From: Pirellula staleyi DSM 6068
GTDB lineage: Bacteria; Planctomycetota; Planctomycetia; Pirellulales; Pirellulaceae
Length of the DNA stretch: 32,000 nt
Assembly: GCA_000025185.1 (NCBI GenBank)
Contig: CP001848.1
Span: 30,001-62,000 of the forward strand
Direction: 5' to 3'
Shown piece after piece: positions 8,416-17,657 of this stretch; the stretch's first letter is position 1; each line of letters opens with the position of its first letter. Under the pieces are notes generated by a model. That model ran no database searches and had not been told where the DNA came from. It was given only the letters and a program-made list of their open reading frames with translations. A program made the translations under genes and the position numbers.

Positions 8416-9167
8416 ATGCCCGACCCAACACCTACCAACCCCTATGAGCCGCCACCAATTGCCAAGCGCTACTGCACAGCATGTGGCAGCGTGGTGATGG
8501 GCAATGACGCTAAGTGCCCCCTATGCGGCGAAGCAGAATCGCTACCCACCAACCGCTGCGCTCACTGCCAAACACTCTGGCGCAGCGACTATCCGTACTG
8601 CCTTGGCTGTGGCCGCTCACACACCGGCAACTATACGACCTCCGGGAAACACAATGGCATCAACCCTCAACGTGCGGCTGCAAATGTGATGATTGTGATA
8701 GCTGCCCCCTTCGCTGCATTTCTGGCATTCTTTGCCACATGCGGCTTCGGAAATACGGGCTTCGACGGTGGAGCTGGGCAATTTTTCTGGCGAGTCTTGC
8801 AGCTGCAGCAACCTTTTCCTTAGTAGTCTTCTTGACGATTCGGAATCGAAGAGAGCCCAAGCCTACGACTGTCGAAGCTGTCGTACCTACCTCCCCTAAA
8901 ACCGCAACCAATCCACCGCATCACCCGAACAAGTCGCTCGCGCACTCGCGTGAGATTTCACCGCAAACCTGGATACTTATCGCACCCTTTGGCATCATTC
9001 TATTGACGTGCTTTATTTCGTTTATTGTCCTCGTTACCTTTCTCGACAATCGCCACACCTCGATTCAAACGGCAATAGGCTTAGGATTTCTAGTAGCTTT
9101 GGCCGGAATAGTCATCGCGGTGGTTGTCACCTTGCGACTCCTTCAACGTGACGAGAAGCCTCAATAA
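8416..9167 (+). pseudogene. Paralogue E2 of the NPYEPP/zinc-ribbon membrane family, interrupted by a frameshift (or an assembly error, or recoding)
   Basis: Frame A (8416..8823) encodes MPDPTPTNPYEPP, a double ribbon (CTACG..CPLCG..CAHCQ..CLGCG) and the helix AAPFAAFLAFFATC, then runs into WRVLQLQQPFP*. Frame B, open to 9167, continues with FLASLAAAATFSLVVF ... ILIAPFGIILLTCFISF ... VVTLRLLQRDEKPQ, which mirrors the second half of E1. The switch maps to the T5 run at 8782-8786. One extra T would give a continuous protein of about 250 aa (E1 is 245 aa). Confidence 0.65.
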
Positions 9168-9183
9168 CCTTGCGACTGAATTG

Positions 9184-9495
9184 ATGGCCGACCAACCCAT
9201 GAACCCTTACGAGTCGCCGCCACCACGCGAAGCTCCTGAGCCGATTATCCTAGAGCCGGTGAAAGTCGGGTTGGCTCAGCTGATTGTGATTGCTGCGATG
9301 GTGCTGCTGATGTTTCCGCTGCTTGGCCTGGGATTCGGCCTGTCGCACTTCGCCGCAGGGATGCTGGTCGAGCAGAATGCTTGGCTCGGCGAGGTGCGGC
9401 CACATCCGCTCGTGCTGGTGGCCCCCTTCGTCGTGGTGCTCGCGATTTTTTCGACCTGGATCTGGCTGATGGCCCGCATTGCCAGTGGCAGATAG
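9184..9495 (+). CDS. Uncharacterised 2-TM membrane protein, paralogue E3: NPYESPP tail, no zinc ribbon
   Basis: The track ORF starts at TTG 9124. ATG at 9184 gives MADQPMNPYESPPPREAPEP, followed by two hydrophobic helices. The second is LVLVAPFVVVLAIFSTWIWLMARIA, which has the APF signature. It begins 16 nt after the E2 stop. Confidence 0.65.
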   Translation: MADQPMNPYESPPPREAPEPIILEPVKVGLAQLIVIAAMVLLMFPLLGLGFGLSHFAAGMLVEQNAWLGEVRPHPLVLVAPFVVVLAIFSTWIWLMARIASGR

Positions 9496-9556
9496 GTGCA
9501 GCGATTGCTGGCCGGAGCTCTTGTACCGCACTTGCAAGACGACGACATTAGAGGCC

Positions 9557-9970
9557 ATGAGCACTCCCGATCCTTCCGCCCAGCTTGGCCCTGAAACCAC
9601 CTGCCCAACCTGCGGACTCCAGATCCCCGCCGGGAGCTCGCAGTGCATCGTGTGCGCCTATGCCTCCCCGCGGCAGGTCACCGATGCTGATCTGGCACCG
9701 CATCGCTCCAAACTCTCAGTCGGCCGAGTGATGGGGATCACCGCCATCGTGATCCTGATGCTCCCTGCCTCGGCGATCGCGTTTTTCGCCACCTGCTTTG
9801 CGACGGCTGTTTCGCTCGACGCCACCATTCCGCAAAACGATCCGTTTATCTATCTCACCACTGGTTTGCTGGTGGGATCGGTCTGTGGCATTGCCACGTT
9901 CGTCGGACTCATTTTCTGGATCGTGCGACTCGCTCGTCCGCGCAGTGCGCAGCCAGTTCAAAATCCCTAG
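9557..9970 (+). CDS. Uncharacterised 2-TM membrane protein, paralogue E4: N-terminal CxxC-x9-CxxC ribbon and AFFATC helix
   Basis: The track ORF starts at TTG 9479. ATG at 9557 gives MSTPDPSAQLGPETTCPTCGLQIPAGSSQCIVCAY. The TM helix ILMLPASAIAFFATCFATAV is followed by a second helix ending FWIVRLARPRS. It begins 61 nt after E3. Confidence 0.65.
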   Translation: MSTPDPSAQLGPETTCPTCGLQIPAGSSQCIVCAYASPRQVTDADLAPHRSKLSVGRVMGITAIVILMLPASAIAFFATCFATAVSLDATIPQNDPFIYLTTGLLVGSVCGIATFVGLIFWIVRLARPRSAQPVQNP

Positions 9971-10113
9971 CCAATCGTTCGCGTTCTCTCAGCGGAAGCG
10001 AGAGCCGAAACGGGCCTTCGAAGCATACTAGCGACTGCGGCGCAAATCGGTGTACTCTGTGGGGCCAGCTGTTCACGAATCGTTCGTGCCGATCCCTTGC
10101 AGAAAATGCTTCC

Positions 10114-11304
10114 ATGAGTGCCACTCCCCAGCAGATCGCTAGTTACACCGCCGCGCTCGACTTTGCCGAGAATCAGGTGGCCCAGCTCGTCGAGCGTTAT
10201 CCCAACTATTTCCCGATGTACACGGTGCAAGGCAAGTGGCATCACACCGGCGAACTTTGGACGCACTGGACCGACGGTTTTCTCGGCGGCATGATGTGGC
10301 AGTTTTGCCTGCGCGGGCATGAAGCACGCTGGCGCAAGCAGGCCGAGCGATACTCGAAACTGCTCGAACATCGCAAGCTCGACCGAGCGGTGCACGACCT
10401 TGGATTTTTGTTCCTCAGCACCTACTTGCCGTGGTACGAACTCTCTGGCGAAGCTGCCCTGCGCGACACGCTGCTGATCGCCGGTCAAACCCTCTCGCTC
10501 CGCTTCATGCAGCCGGGCAATTTTCTCCGCAGCTTCGTGGCGCACGATTCGCTGTTCATCGACATCATAATGAACGTGCCGATCATTTTTTATGCGTCGC
10601 TCGAAATGCGCGATCGCGAGCTCGCGCGCATCGCCGCTGCTCACTGCCGCACCACGCGCGACACCATTGTGCGCGCCGATGGAAGTACGGCTCACGAAGG
10701 GATCTTTGATCTCGATACGGGCGAGTTCCTCGAACAAACGACTCATCAAGGTTTGCGCGGCGATAGTGCCTGGGCTCGCGGCCTCGCCTGGTCGCTCTAT
10801 GGCTACGCCAAATGCTATGCCCTCACCGGCTGCGATGAGTACCTGGAAGTCTCCGAGCGGAACGCCGACTACTGGCTCGCGCACTTGCCCGAAGATGGCG
10901 TTTGCTACTGGGATTTTGATGCCGATCTGTCGCAGCCAGCCCCCTGGGGGGCGCAGAAGGAATCGTCGGCGGCGGCAATTGCCGCCAGTGGTCTCATCGA
11001 CCTTTCGCTGCTGACCAAAGACCCGGCGAAGTCGGCTAAATATCTCGCCTGCGCGACAAAAATGCTCGATGCGCTCGTGACTCCCGAGTATCTTGCGAGC
11101 GAGACACCAGGCTGGGAAGGGATCCTAAAACATGGCGTTTATCACACCGCCAAGAACCTGGGGGTCGATGAATCGGTGATGTGGGGCGAGTACTTTTTTG
11201 TCGAAGCGCTCACCAAGATGGTGACTGGCCGACAGCCGCGCCTCGCGCCTGAAAAGCTGGCCGACAACCAGGCGCGCTACGCCGCCATTGCCCCTGCGCT
11301 GTAG
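10114..11304 (+). CDS. Glycoside hydrolase family 88-like unsaturated glucuronyl hydrolase, cytoplasmic (no signal peptide)
   Basis: ATG at 10114. The motifs WTDGFLGGMMWQ, VHDLGFLFLS and SAWARGLAWSLYGY are those I associate with the GH88/UGL alpha6/alpha6-barrel family. The ORF is 396 aa. The antisense ORF 9967..10884 is a shadow. Confidence 0.88.
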   Translation: MSATPQQIASYTAALDFAENQVAQLVERYPNYFPMYTVQGKWHHTGELWTHWTDGFLGGMMWQFCLRGHEARWRKQAERYSKLLEHRKLDRAVHDLGFLFLSTYLPWYELSGEAALRDTLLIAGQTLSLRFMQPGNFLRSFVAHDSLFIDIIMNVPIIFYASLEMRDRELARIAAAHCRTTRDTIVRADGSTAHEGIFDLDTGEFLEQTTHQGLRGDSAWARGLAWSLYGYAKCYALTGCDEYLEVSERNADYWLAHLPEDGVCYWDFDADLSQPAPWGAQKESSAAAIAASGLIDLSLLTKDPAKSAKYLACATKMLDALVTPEYLASETPGWEGILKHGVYHTAKNLGVDESVMWGEYFFVEALTKMVTGRQPRLAPEKLADNQARYAAIAPAL

Positions 11305-11355
11305 TTTTTGTTCCCGATTGGCTCCGATGCGTCCACTCCCTCCCAGGCACTCCCC

Positions 11356-13431
11356 ATGAAATACCTACCGCTGTTTTTCGCCTCGGTGACGCTTGTACTA
11401 ACTCTGTCGCACGCAGTGCTGGCCGATGGTCCGGCCGATAACAAAACGGAAAACGTGCGGCGGATTCCCAAACTGGGGATCGAGCTGACAGCCGAGCAGC
11501 GTGCGAGCGTCGAGCAAGCTCTTGCGCCGATTGACGCTGAACTGGTGAAACTCCGCGCGAGCAAATCTCCGCTGGTGCGCGAACTCCTTCCCGACGTCGA
11601 AATTTTTGCAAAGGCGCTGCGCGACGCGCTGCAGTATCAAGAGTTCTTCGACCCGAAGGATCTCGAGTTCGTTCCAAAGTGCGCCGCCGAAGGACTCGCT
11701 CGCGCTCAGTCGCTTGCCAAAGGCGAAGCACCGTGGACCAAGCAGACAGGGCTTGTGGTGCGCGGCTATCGCTCGACACTCGACGACAGCGTGCAGCCGT
11801 TTGGCATGGTGATCCCCGCCAACTATCCCGAAATTGCGGCGGAAAAAGTGCGCTGCGATGTCTGGCTGCATGGCCGTGGCGAAACGCTCAGCGAACTCAA
11901 TTTTCTGCGCGACCGAACCAGCAACGTCGGACAGATTTCACCAGCCGACACCGTGGTGCTGCATCCTTATGGGCGCTATTGCAACGCCAACAAGTTTGCG
12001 GGGGAGATCGATATTCTCGAGTCGCTGACAGCGGCGAAACGAATGTATCGGATCAACGAGCGGCTCGTCGCGATGCGTGGATTTTCGATGGGTGGCGCTG
12101 GTGCGTGGCAAATGGCGGTCCACTATCCCGATATGTGGTTCGCCGCCAATCCAGGGGCAGGATTTTCAGAAACGCCCGACTTTTTGAAAGTGTTCCAGAA
12201 CGAAACGCTCCAGCCTCGCTGGTGGGAAAAGCAGCTGTGGCAGTGGTATGACTGCACCGTTTGGTCGAGCAATCTGGTGGAGTTGCCGACGATTGCTTAC
12301 AGCGGCGAAATCGACAAACAGAAGCAAGCGGCCGACATTATGGCGATCGCGATGCAGCAGCGGCGTTTGAATCTCGAGCACATCATCGGCCCCCAAACGG
12401 CGCACAGCATTCACCCCGATTCGAAGAAAGAGATCGAAGCGCGTCTAGCGTCGATTGCTTCAGTTCCACGCCCGGCAGCGATGCCCCATCTGCATCTCAC
12501 CACCTACACGCTTCGCTATCCGCAAGTCGACTGGATCCGTATCGAAGGGATGCAAGAGCACTGGACGAAAGGGACGGTGGCCGGACTTGTCTCTGAAGGT
12601 GGCATTCGGATCGATACCACAGGGGTTACCGACCTGGCGATCCATTTCAAAGCCGGAACAGCTCCGATCTACCCACGTGGCAATGTGAAGGTGACGCTCG
12701 ACCAGCAAGAGCTGTTTCTACCTGGCGTGAAGAGCGATCGTAGTTTGTCGGCTGCGTTCTACCTCGATGGAAAAACATGGATGCTGGGGAAACGCGACAC
12801 TGGTAAGCAGCTCCGCAAAAAGCCTGGTCTCCAAGGACCGATCGACGATGCCTTTCTCTCGCGCTTTTTGTTCGTGAAGCCGAGTGGTAAGAGCAAGCAT
12901 GAACTAGTCGAGAAGTGGACGCAGAGTGAACTGGCTCGCGCGATCGAACATTGGCGACGTCACTTCCGTGGCGAAGCGCGGGTGAAACTCGACAGCGAAG
13001 TGACGGCCGAAGATATTGCCGATTCGAACCTCATTCTGTGGGGAGATGCGACGAGCAATTCGCTGATTGCGAAAATCAACGATCGTTTGCCGGTCCGCTA
13101 CAGCGACGACACGATTGTGGCTGGCGAGGCGTCGAAGCCGAGCAATCAACACGCGCTTGTGGCGATCTATCCGAATCCAGAAAACCCCGAGAAGTATGTG
13201 GTGCTCAACAGCAGCTTCACGTTCCGCGACTATGCCTACCTGAACAACGCGCGGCAGGTTCCGATGCTCCCCGACTGGGCGATTGTCGATCTCACAACAC
13301 CTCCAGGTGGTGTCTGGCCGGGGAAGATTGTCGAGGCCAACTTTTTTGACGAAGCGTGGCAACTCAAACCGTATCGCGACGTGAACAGCACCTACGACGA
13401 CTATCAGCCTCTCGCGGTTCCACAGCCGTAA
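11356..13431 (+). CDS. Secreted alpha/beta-hydrolase fold protein (esterase or S9-like peptidase)
   Basis: The track ORF starts at TTG 11308. ATG at 11356 gives a clean signal peptide, MKYLPLFFASVTLVLTLSHAVLADGP. The nucleophile-elbow GxSxG motif appears in RGFSMGGAGAW. The ORF encodes 691 aa. Confidence 0.82.
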   Translation: MKYLPLFFASVTLVLTLSHAVLADGPADNKTENVRRIPKLGIELTAEQRASVEQALAPIDAELVKLRASKSPLVRELLPDVEIFAKALRDALQYQEFFDPKDLEFVPKCAAEGLARAQSLAKGEAPWTKQTGLVVRGYRSTLDDSVQPFGMVIPANYPEIAAEKVRCDVWLHGRGETLSELNFLRDRTSNVGQISPADTVVLHPYGRYCNANKFAGEIDILESLTAAKRMYRINERLVAMRGFSMGGAGAWQMAVHYPDMWFAANPGAGFSETPDFLKVFQNETLQPRWWEKQLWQWYDCTVWSSNLVELPTIAYSGEIDKQKQAADIMAIAMQQRRLNLEHIIGPQTAHSIHPDSKKEIEARLASIASVPRPAAMPHLHLTTYTLRYPQVDWIRIEGMQEHWTKGTVAGLVSEGGIRIDTTGVTDLAIHFKAGTAPIYPRGNVKVTLDQQELFLPGVKSDRSLSAAFYLDGKTWMLGKRDTGKQLRKKPGLQGPIDDAFLSRFLFVKPSGKSKHELVEKWTQSELARAIEHWRRHFRGEARVKLDSEVTAEDIADSNLILWGDATSNSLIAKINDRLPVRYSDDTIVAGEASKPSNQHALVAIYPNPENPEKYVVLNSSFTFRDYAYLNNARQVPMLPDWAIVDLTTPPGGVWPGKIVEANFFDEAWQLKPYRDVNSTYDDYQPLAVPQP

Positions 13432-13498
13432 TCACAAACGCCAGCCCCGTGCACCTGAGCCATTGCATCGGCTGACGGGCTGCTAATGATCTTGCTGA

Positions 13499-14662
13499 TT
13501 AACTACCGAGTAGTTCGGGCCAAAGGGCGTCGCTGATCAGGAGTCCGCGACGCGTGAGACGAAGCCGCTCGCCAGCGATTTCGAGCATCCCCAGGGCCAG
13601 GAATTCTTCGAGCGCGCGGCCGCCGAGCTGCTCGATGCGATAGCCGGTGGCACCCAAAAATTCCCCGCGATGGACGCCGCCGAGTTGCCGGAGTCCAAAC
13701 ACCAAACGCTCGCGCGCCGAGTCCTCGGGGCTCAGCGTTTCGCTCTCGGCGATTGGCGATTCACCTGCTCGCAGCCGCGCAAGGTAGGTGGTCGTGCTCC
13801 GATGATTTACGCTCCGCGTACCGCCGAGAAAACTGGCCGCACCGGGGCCCGCCGCGAAGAACGGCTGATGTCGCCAGTAGGTTTGATTATGCCGGCACGC
13901 GAAGCCGGGGCGGGCAAAATTCGAGACTTCGTAATGCTCGTAGCCGTTTGCGGCAAGCGTATCGATGGCCGTTTCATACATCACTGCTTCGAGCTCTTCG
14001 CCCGCTTTGGTAAGCTCGCCACGCTCGGTTCGCATGAAGAACGGAGTCCCTTTTTCGATGGTCAAACCATACGTCGACACATGCTGCGGCGTGAGAGCAA
14101 TGGCTTGCGCGAGATCGCTCTTCCAGTCGTCGAGTGTTTCACCGGGGGTGCCGAAGATCAGGTCAAGCGAAACGCTCGAAGCAAAACGTTTGCACTCGGC
14201 GACAGCGCGAGCGATTTGCGCGGCATCGTGATCGCGTTCGAGGACCCGCAGCTTCTCGGCGCGAAACGACTGCGCGCCAAGACTCACCCGCGTGACCCCG
14301 TAGCTGGCCAGTACAGCAGCGCGCTCGCGATCGATGTCGGCAGGATTCGCTTCCACCGAAAACTCGGCATCTTCAGCGAGCGGAAACCAGCGCAGCACCA
14401 GTTCGAGCAAACGATCGAGCTCGCGCGGCGGCAAATGCGTCGGTGTACCACCACCCAGGAACAGCGTGTCGACCGCGCGCGAGCGCTCAAGCCACGAGAG
14501 CTCGAGCGCCAAGGCTTCGAGGTAGGAGCCAATCAGGTCATCGCGCCCCGCAATCAACGTAAAGTTGCAGTAACCGCAGCGATGACGACAAAACGGCACA
14601 TGGACATACGCGCTGCGAGGCTGGGGCTCTAGACGATCGACGACAGCGGCTTGAGTGGTCAT
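13499..14662 (-). CDS. hemW: Radical SAM heme chaperone HemW (HemN-like, oxygen-independent coproporphyrinogen oxidase family)
   Basis: YVHVPFCRHRCGYCNF carries the CxxxCxxC radical-SAM cluster motif near the N-terminus. LFLGGGTP and the 387-aa length are typical of HemW. ATG at 14662. It lies 6 nt downstream of the preceding gene. Confidence 0.92.
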   Translation of the reverse strand: MTTQAAVVDRLEPQPRSAYVHVPFCRHRCGYCNFTLIAGRDDLIGSYLEALALELSWLERSRAVDTLFLGGGTPTHLPPRELDRLLELVLRWFPLAEDAEFSVEANPADIDRERAAVLASYGVTRVSLGAQSFRAEKLRVLERDHDAAQIARAVAECKRFASSVSLDLIFGTPGETLDDWKSDLAQAIALTPQHVSTYGLTIEKGTPFFMRTERGELTKAGEELEAVMYETAIDTLAANGYEHYEVSNFARPGFACRHNQTYWRHQPFFAAGPGAASFLGGTRSVNHRSTTTYLARLRAGESPIAESETLSPEDSARERLVFGLRQLGGVHRGEFLGATGYRIEQLGGRALEEFLALGMLEIAGERLRLTRRGLLISDALWPELLGS

Positions 14663-14668
14663 CGTGGG

Positions 14669-15508
14669 TTAGAGCCACAGCTTTAAACGACCACCGAGCA
14701 TGTCTGGCAAAGCCTTCTGCACATAGTGCTTCACTTGCCGATCCTGATAGCGCGTGCTGGCATGCGCGGCGATGATCAGCTCGTTCTTGAAGCGATCCTT
14801 GCGCTCGACGTAGTCATCCAAATGCATGTGCCCATGCTTGTGGATTTTCTCTTTCCGATGCCCCGGAGCCACGAACGTCATCTCGGTGATCAGGATCTTG
14901 GCCTCGTACATCGCCGGGCAATTGTCGAGCCCTTCGGGCGAGCTATCCCCGAGGTAGGCGAGCTGCGGAAATCGTTTTTCTTCCGTCACTTCCATGCCAC
15001 TCAGACGAATGTCGCGAATCTGCTCGCCGCTGAGACCTTGATACTCGTCCTTGAGCTTATTGCGGCGCTGCCACACGACATAGCCGACACTCGGAACGGT
15101 GTGCTTGGTGGCGGAAGCGGTGACAACTAGTTCGCGCGAGAGCTCGATTTCATCCCCCGGCTTTACGCCCCGCAGATCGCACGGTAAGCGGCCCCGATCG
15201 AGTCGACTGAAGACCTTCAGCACCTCTTCGCACAAAGCCCGCGAATGTTCGGGAACGTAGATCAGCGGCGGGTCCATCTTCATCATCCGCCGCCGAGCGA
15301 CGTAGACCGGCAGCGCGGCGATGTGATCGAGATGCGTGTGGGTGACAAACCAGGTGCTCGTCCCCATGAAGTCCCACGGCTGTGCGCCGAGATCGAAGCC
15401 GATCTTCATTTCGGGGATGCGCCAGTACGACTGCACGGCAGCGCGCGAGTAGCCTTCGATCGTGAGATCTTGGTGCTGGATCGAATGAAAAGGAGCGTTG
15501 GCTGTCAT
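14669..15508 (-). CDS. MBL-fold metallo-hydrolase (RNase Z/beta-lactamase superfamily)
   Basis: The HxHxDH motif occurs in [13 protein letters not shown]. The longest ORF (to 15736) overlaps the upstream gene and has an R/G/W-rich junk N-terminus. ATG at 15508 ([15 protein letters not shown]...) lies 77 nt after the upstream stop. Confidence 0.85.
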   Translation of the reverse strand: MTANAPFHSIQHQDLTIEGYSRAAVQSYWRIPEMKIGFDLGAQPWDFMGTSTWFVTHTHLDHIAALPVYVARRRMMKMDPPLIYVPEHSRALCEEVLKVFSRLDRGRLPCDLRGVKPGDEIELSRELVVTASATKHTVPSVGYVVWQRRNKLKDEYQGLSGEQIRDIRLSGMEVTEEKRFPQLAYLGDSSPEGLDNCPAMYEAKILITEMTFVAPGHRKEKIHKHGHMHLDDYVERKDRFKNELIIAAHASTRYQDRQVKHYVQKALPDMLGGRLKLWL

Positions 15509-15585
15509 GCGTCGTGCAAAATCTTCAAAGTTCGTCGTGAAACATCCGCGCGCCGCTGTCGTGCGATGCGCGCCAGGGAGACAGG

Positions 15586-16815
15586 TTACTTCGGGGCAGG
15601 CGTGTTCCAGTAAATCTTGACATTGTGCGTCGCGCGACCCACCGCCACGATATCGGCGCGGCCATCGCCATTCAGATCGCCAGTCGCCAAATCTTCGACC
15701 GCCACCCCGCCAGCATCGATGATGGTCCGCTTCCATTTACCGGCAGCAGCGTCGATCGGATCGTAAATACGAACGCCGCAAAGTCGCGTTTCGTTCTGGT
15801 TATCTCGAATACCGATGACGAGCTCTTCGTCGGCATCGTCATCGAGATTCACGCAGCTGACGGCATGTCCCCAGAGGAGTTCGTTATCGAGCACCACGCG
15901 ATTCCAGAGCCAATCGCCGCTGGCTGGCCGCTCGCCGTCGGGCCGCGTATAGACAACGACCTGATTCCCGTGCCAAGGTTCGATGGTGGCGATGTAATCG
16001 CTCGTGGCGAGCTTGCCATGCTTCACTTCGCTCGCCCCTTTGTGCGGCAGCGATGCTTCGTCGCCAATGCCGACGCGCGTATGTTTCCAACCTGTTTTCT
16101 CTTGTTCGAGCAGGTATACCCCTTCACGGCCGACCCACAAGATTTCGGGAAGTGGATCGCCGCTCGCTTCGGTCACATGCAGGTTGTGCGTGACCCGAAG
16201 TTTGTCGCTGATCACCGTCGACTTCCATGGTCCGCCAACGGGATCAGCAGGAATTTTGAACGACAGTAGCTCGACCGTGGTTTGCGAAAAATCGGGACGC
16301 GTGCTCCCTCGACCGAGCAGCGGCGCGACGATCAATTCTTCCTTGCCGTCGCGATCGAGATCGGCAAAGGCCATGCGATGCACGGTGGGAACTTCGCCGA
16401 TGGGATAAACGGTCCACGGATCGTTGATGCTCTTGCCGGACTTGATCCACTGGATTGTTCCACCGGAGTTGGTGTTGAACGGCTTCCAGTCGGCACCGAC
16501 GGCGAAATCGATTTTGCCATCGCCGTCGATATCGCTCGGCGCAAAGCAAACATTATCGGCCTTGGTCTGCTTTTCGATCATGATGTGCTCGGTCCAGGTG
16601 GGATTCTCGAGCCACAAGATCCGCTCTTGATCGACGATGGCGATGTCGAGCTTCTTATCGTCGTTCATATCGATCAGACGAACGGCATATCCGACGCCGA
16701 GCTTGGTCTTGAGTTCTTCCGCTTGAAACGAGGGTTCGGCGGCACTCGTGACACGAAGTGTTGAGAGACAGCTACCGGCCAGCAGAGCGAGGACTAGCGA
16801 GGTGCGAAGTTTCAT
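15586..16815 (-). CDS. Secreted FG-GAP/VCBS-repeat beta-propeller protein
   Basis: ATG at 16815 gives the signal peptide [28 protein letters not shown]; the track start at 16866 is a TTG. Ca-binding-type repeats recur: [67 protein letters not shown]. Confidence 0.85.
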   Translation of the reverse strand: MKLRTSLVLALLAGSCLSTLRVTSAAEPSFQAEELKTKLGVGYAVRLIDMNDDKKLDIAIVDQERILWLENPTWTEHIMIEKQTKADNVCFAPSDIDGDGKIDFAVGADWKPFNTNSGGTIQWIKSGKSINDPWTVYPIGEVPTVHRMAFADLDRDGKEELIVAPLLGRGSTRPDFSQTTVELLSFKIPADPVGGPWKSTVISDKLRVTHNLHVTEASGDPLPEILWVGREGVYLLEQEKTGWKHTRVGIGDEASLPHKGASEVKHGKLATSDYIATIEPWHGNQVVVYTRPDGERPASGDWLWNRVVLDNELLWGHAVSCVNLDDDADEELVIGIRDNQNETRLCGVRIYDPIDAAAGKWKRTIIDAGGVAVEDLATGDLNGDGRADIVAVGRATHNVKIYWNTPAPK

Positions 16816-16914
16816 CGTGCAAGACTCCGGGAGAGTGGAGAGCGACCGACCAGGAAAAAACAGCAAGCCTCAAGCAATCAAAAAACGGAAGGTGGCGAAA
16901 TCGGTCGACGTGAT

Positions 16915-17520
16915 TTAAGGCTGCACCGGTTTTTTGGCGCAGGCTGCCAGCACATCGTCGGTGATGTCGATCCCCTCTTCGAAGAAGACGATCCGGTTGA
17001 GCGTTTTCATGATTTCAGGAAGAGGCTGCTCGTCGTCGAAGCTGGTGCTTTGCTGGCGAATGACCAGTTTGTAGCCCCGCTCCTTCGCCAGTTTTTTGAC
17101 GACGTCGTCGACTTCGCGAAAGACTCCCAGCAGTACTTTGGCCTCTTGCATTTGGAGGTTGCCGCGCTCTCGGGCCACCATTTGCTGCAGCTCGCCATTG
17201 AGCTTCAGAAACTGCTGCTGCAGTTTCACAAACTCCCCCGATCCGGGCTGGGTTTTACGCAATTGCGACTGCACCGATTCCAGTTCGATCTGCCGAATCT
17301 GAATCGTTTCCTCGAGCTTTTTGGCCTCGGCGCGGAGCGGTTCGAGGCGATCCTGGATTCCGGGAAACTCTTTGATCAGACGATCGACATTCAGCGTCGC
17401 CACGCCGGTGCTGCTTGTCTGGGGAGGCTGAACCTTGGAGTCTGCCTCTTGCGCCAGTGCGATAGAGCCGATGAGCAACAAGCAGCTGCTGGCGGCGAAG
17501 GTGCGAAGGAAAGGATTCAT
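16915..17520 (-). CDS. skp: OmpH/Skp-family periplasmic chaperone
   Basis: ATG at 17520 is preceded by GGAG; the track start at 17523 is a TTG. The signal peptide is MNPFLRTFAASSCLLLIGSIALAQ. The remainder is a roughly 170-aa helical region rich in Q, E, K and L (LEPLRAEAKKLEETIQIRQIELESVQSQLRK...), typical of Skp/OmpH. Confidence 0.82.
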   Translation of the reverse strand: MNPFLRTFAASSCLLLIGSIALAQEADSKVQPPQTSSTGVATLNVDRLIKEFPGIQDRLEPLRAEAKKLEETIQIRQIELESVQSQLRKTQPGSGEFVKLQQQFLKLNGELQQMVARERGNLQMQEAKVLLGVFREVDDVVKKLAKERGYKLVIRQQSTSFDDEQPLPEIMKTLNRIVFFEEGIDITDDVLAACAKKPVQP

Positions 17521-17657
17521 CAAAAAGTTCTCCGGTGGGTGTCGCGCCGGGAAATGACTGCGACAGAGGAGGAAATTGCGGGAGACTCGATTACCTGATC
17601 AACGGCCAGTCACGTTCGTCTCGAAACATCGAGCACTGGTCAACACTTGGGAATGTC

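Noticed and set aside
8743-8790. Programmed -1 ribosomal frameshift as the explanation for the E2 frame break
   Set aside because: The direction (-1) fits, but there is no canonical X XXY YYZ heptamer and no obvious downstream pseudoknot. A one-base change in the T5 run is the simpler explanation. It is kept as an alternative in the finding.
9967-10884. 305-aa minus-strand ORF
   Set aside because: It is antisense to the GH88-like gene, which has clear family motifs.
13670-14632. 320-aa plus-strand ORF
   Set aside because: It is antisense to hemW, which has the radical-SAM CxxxCxxC motif.
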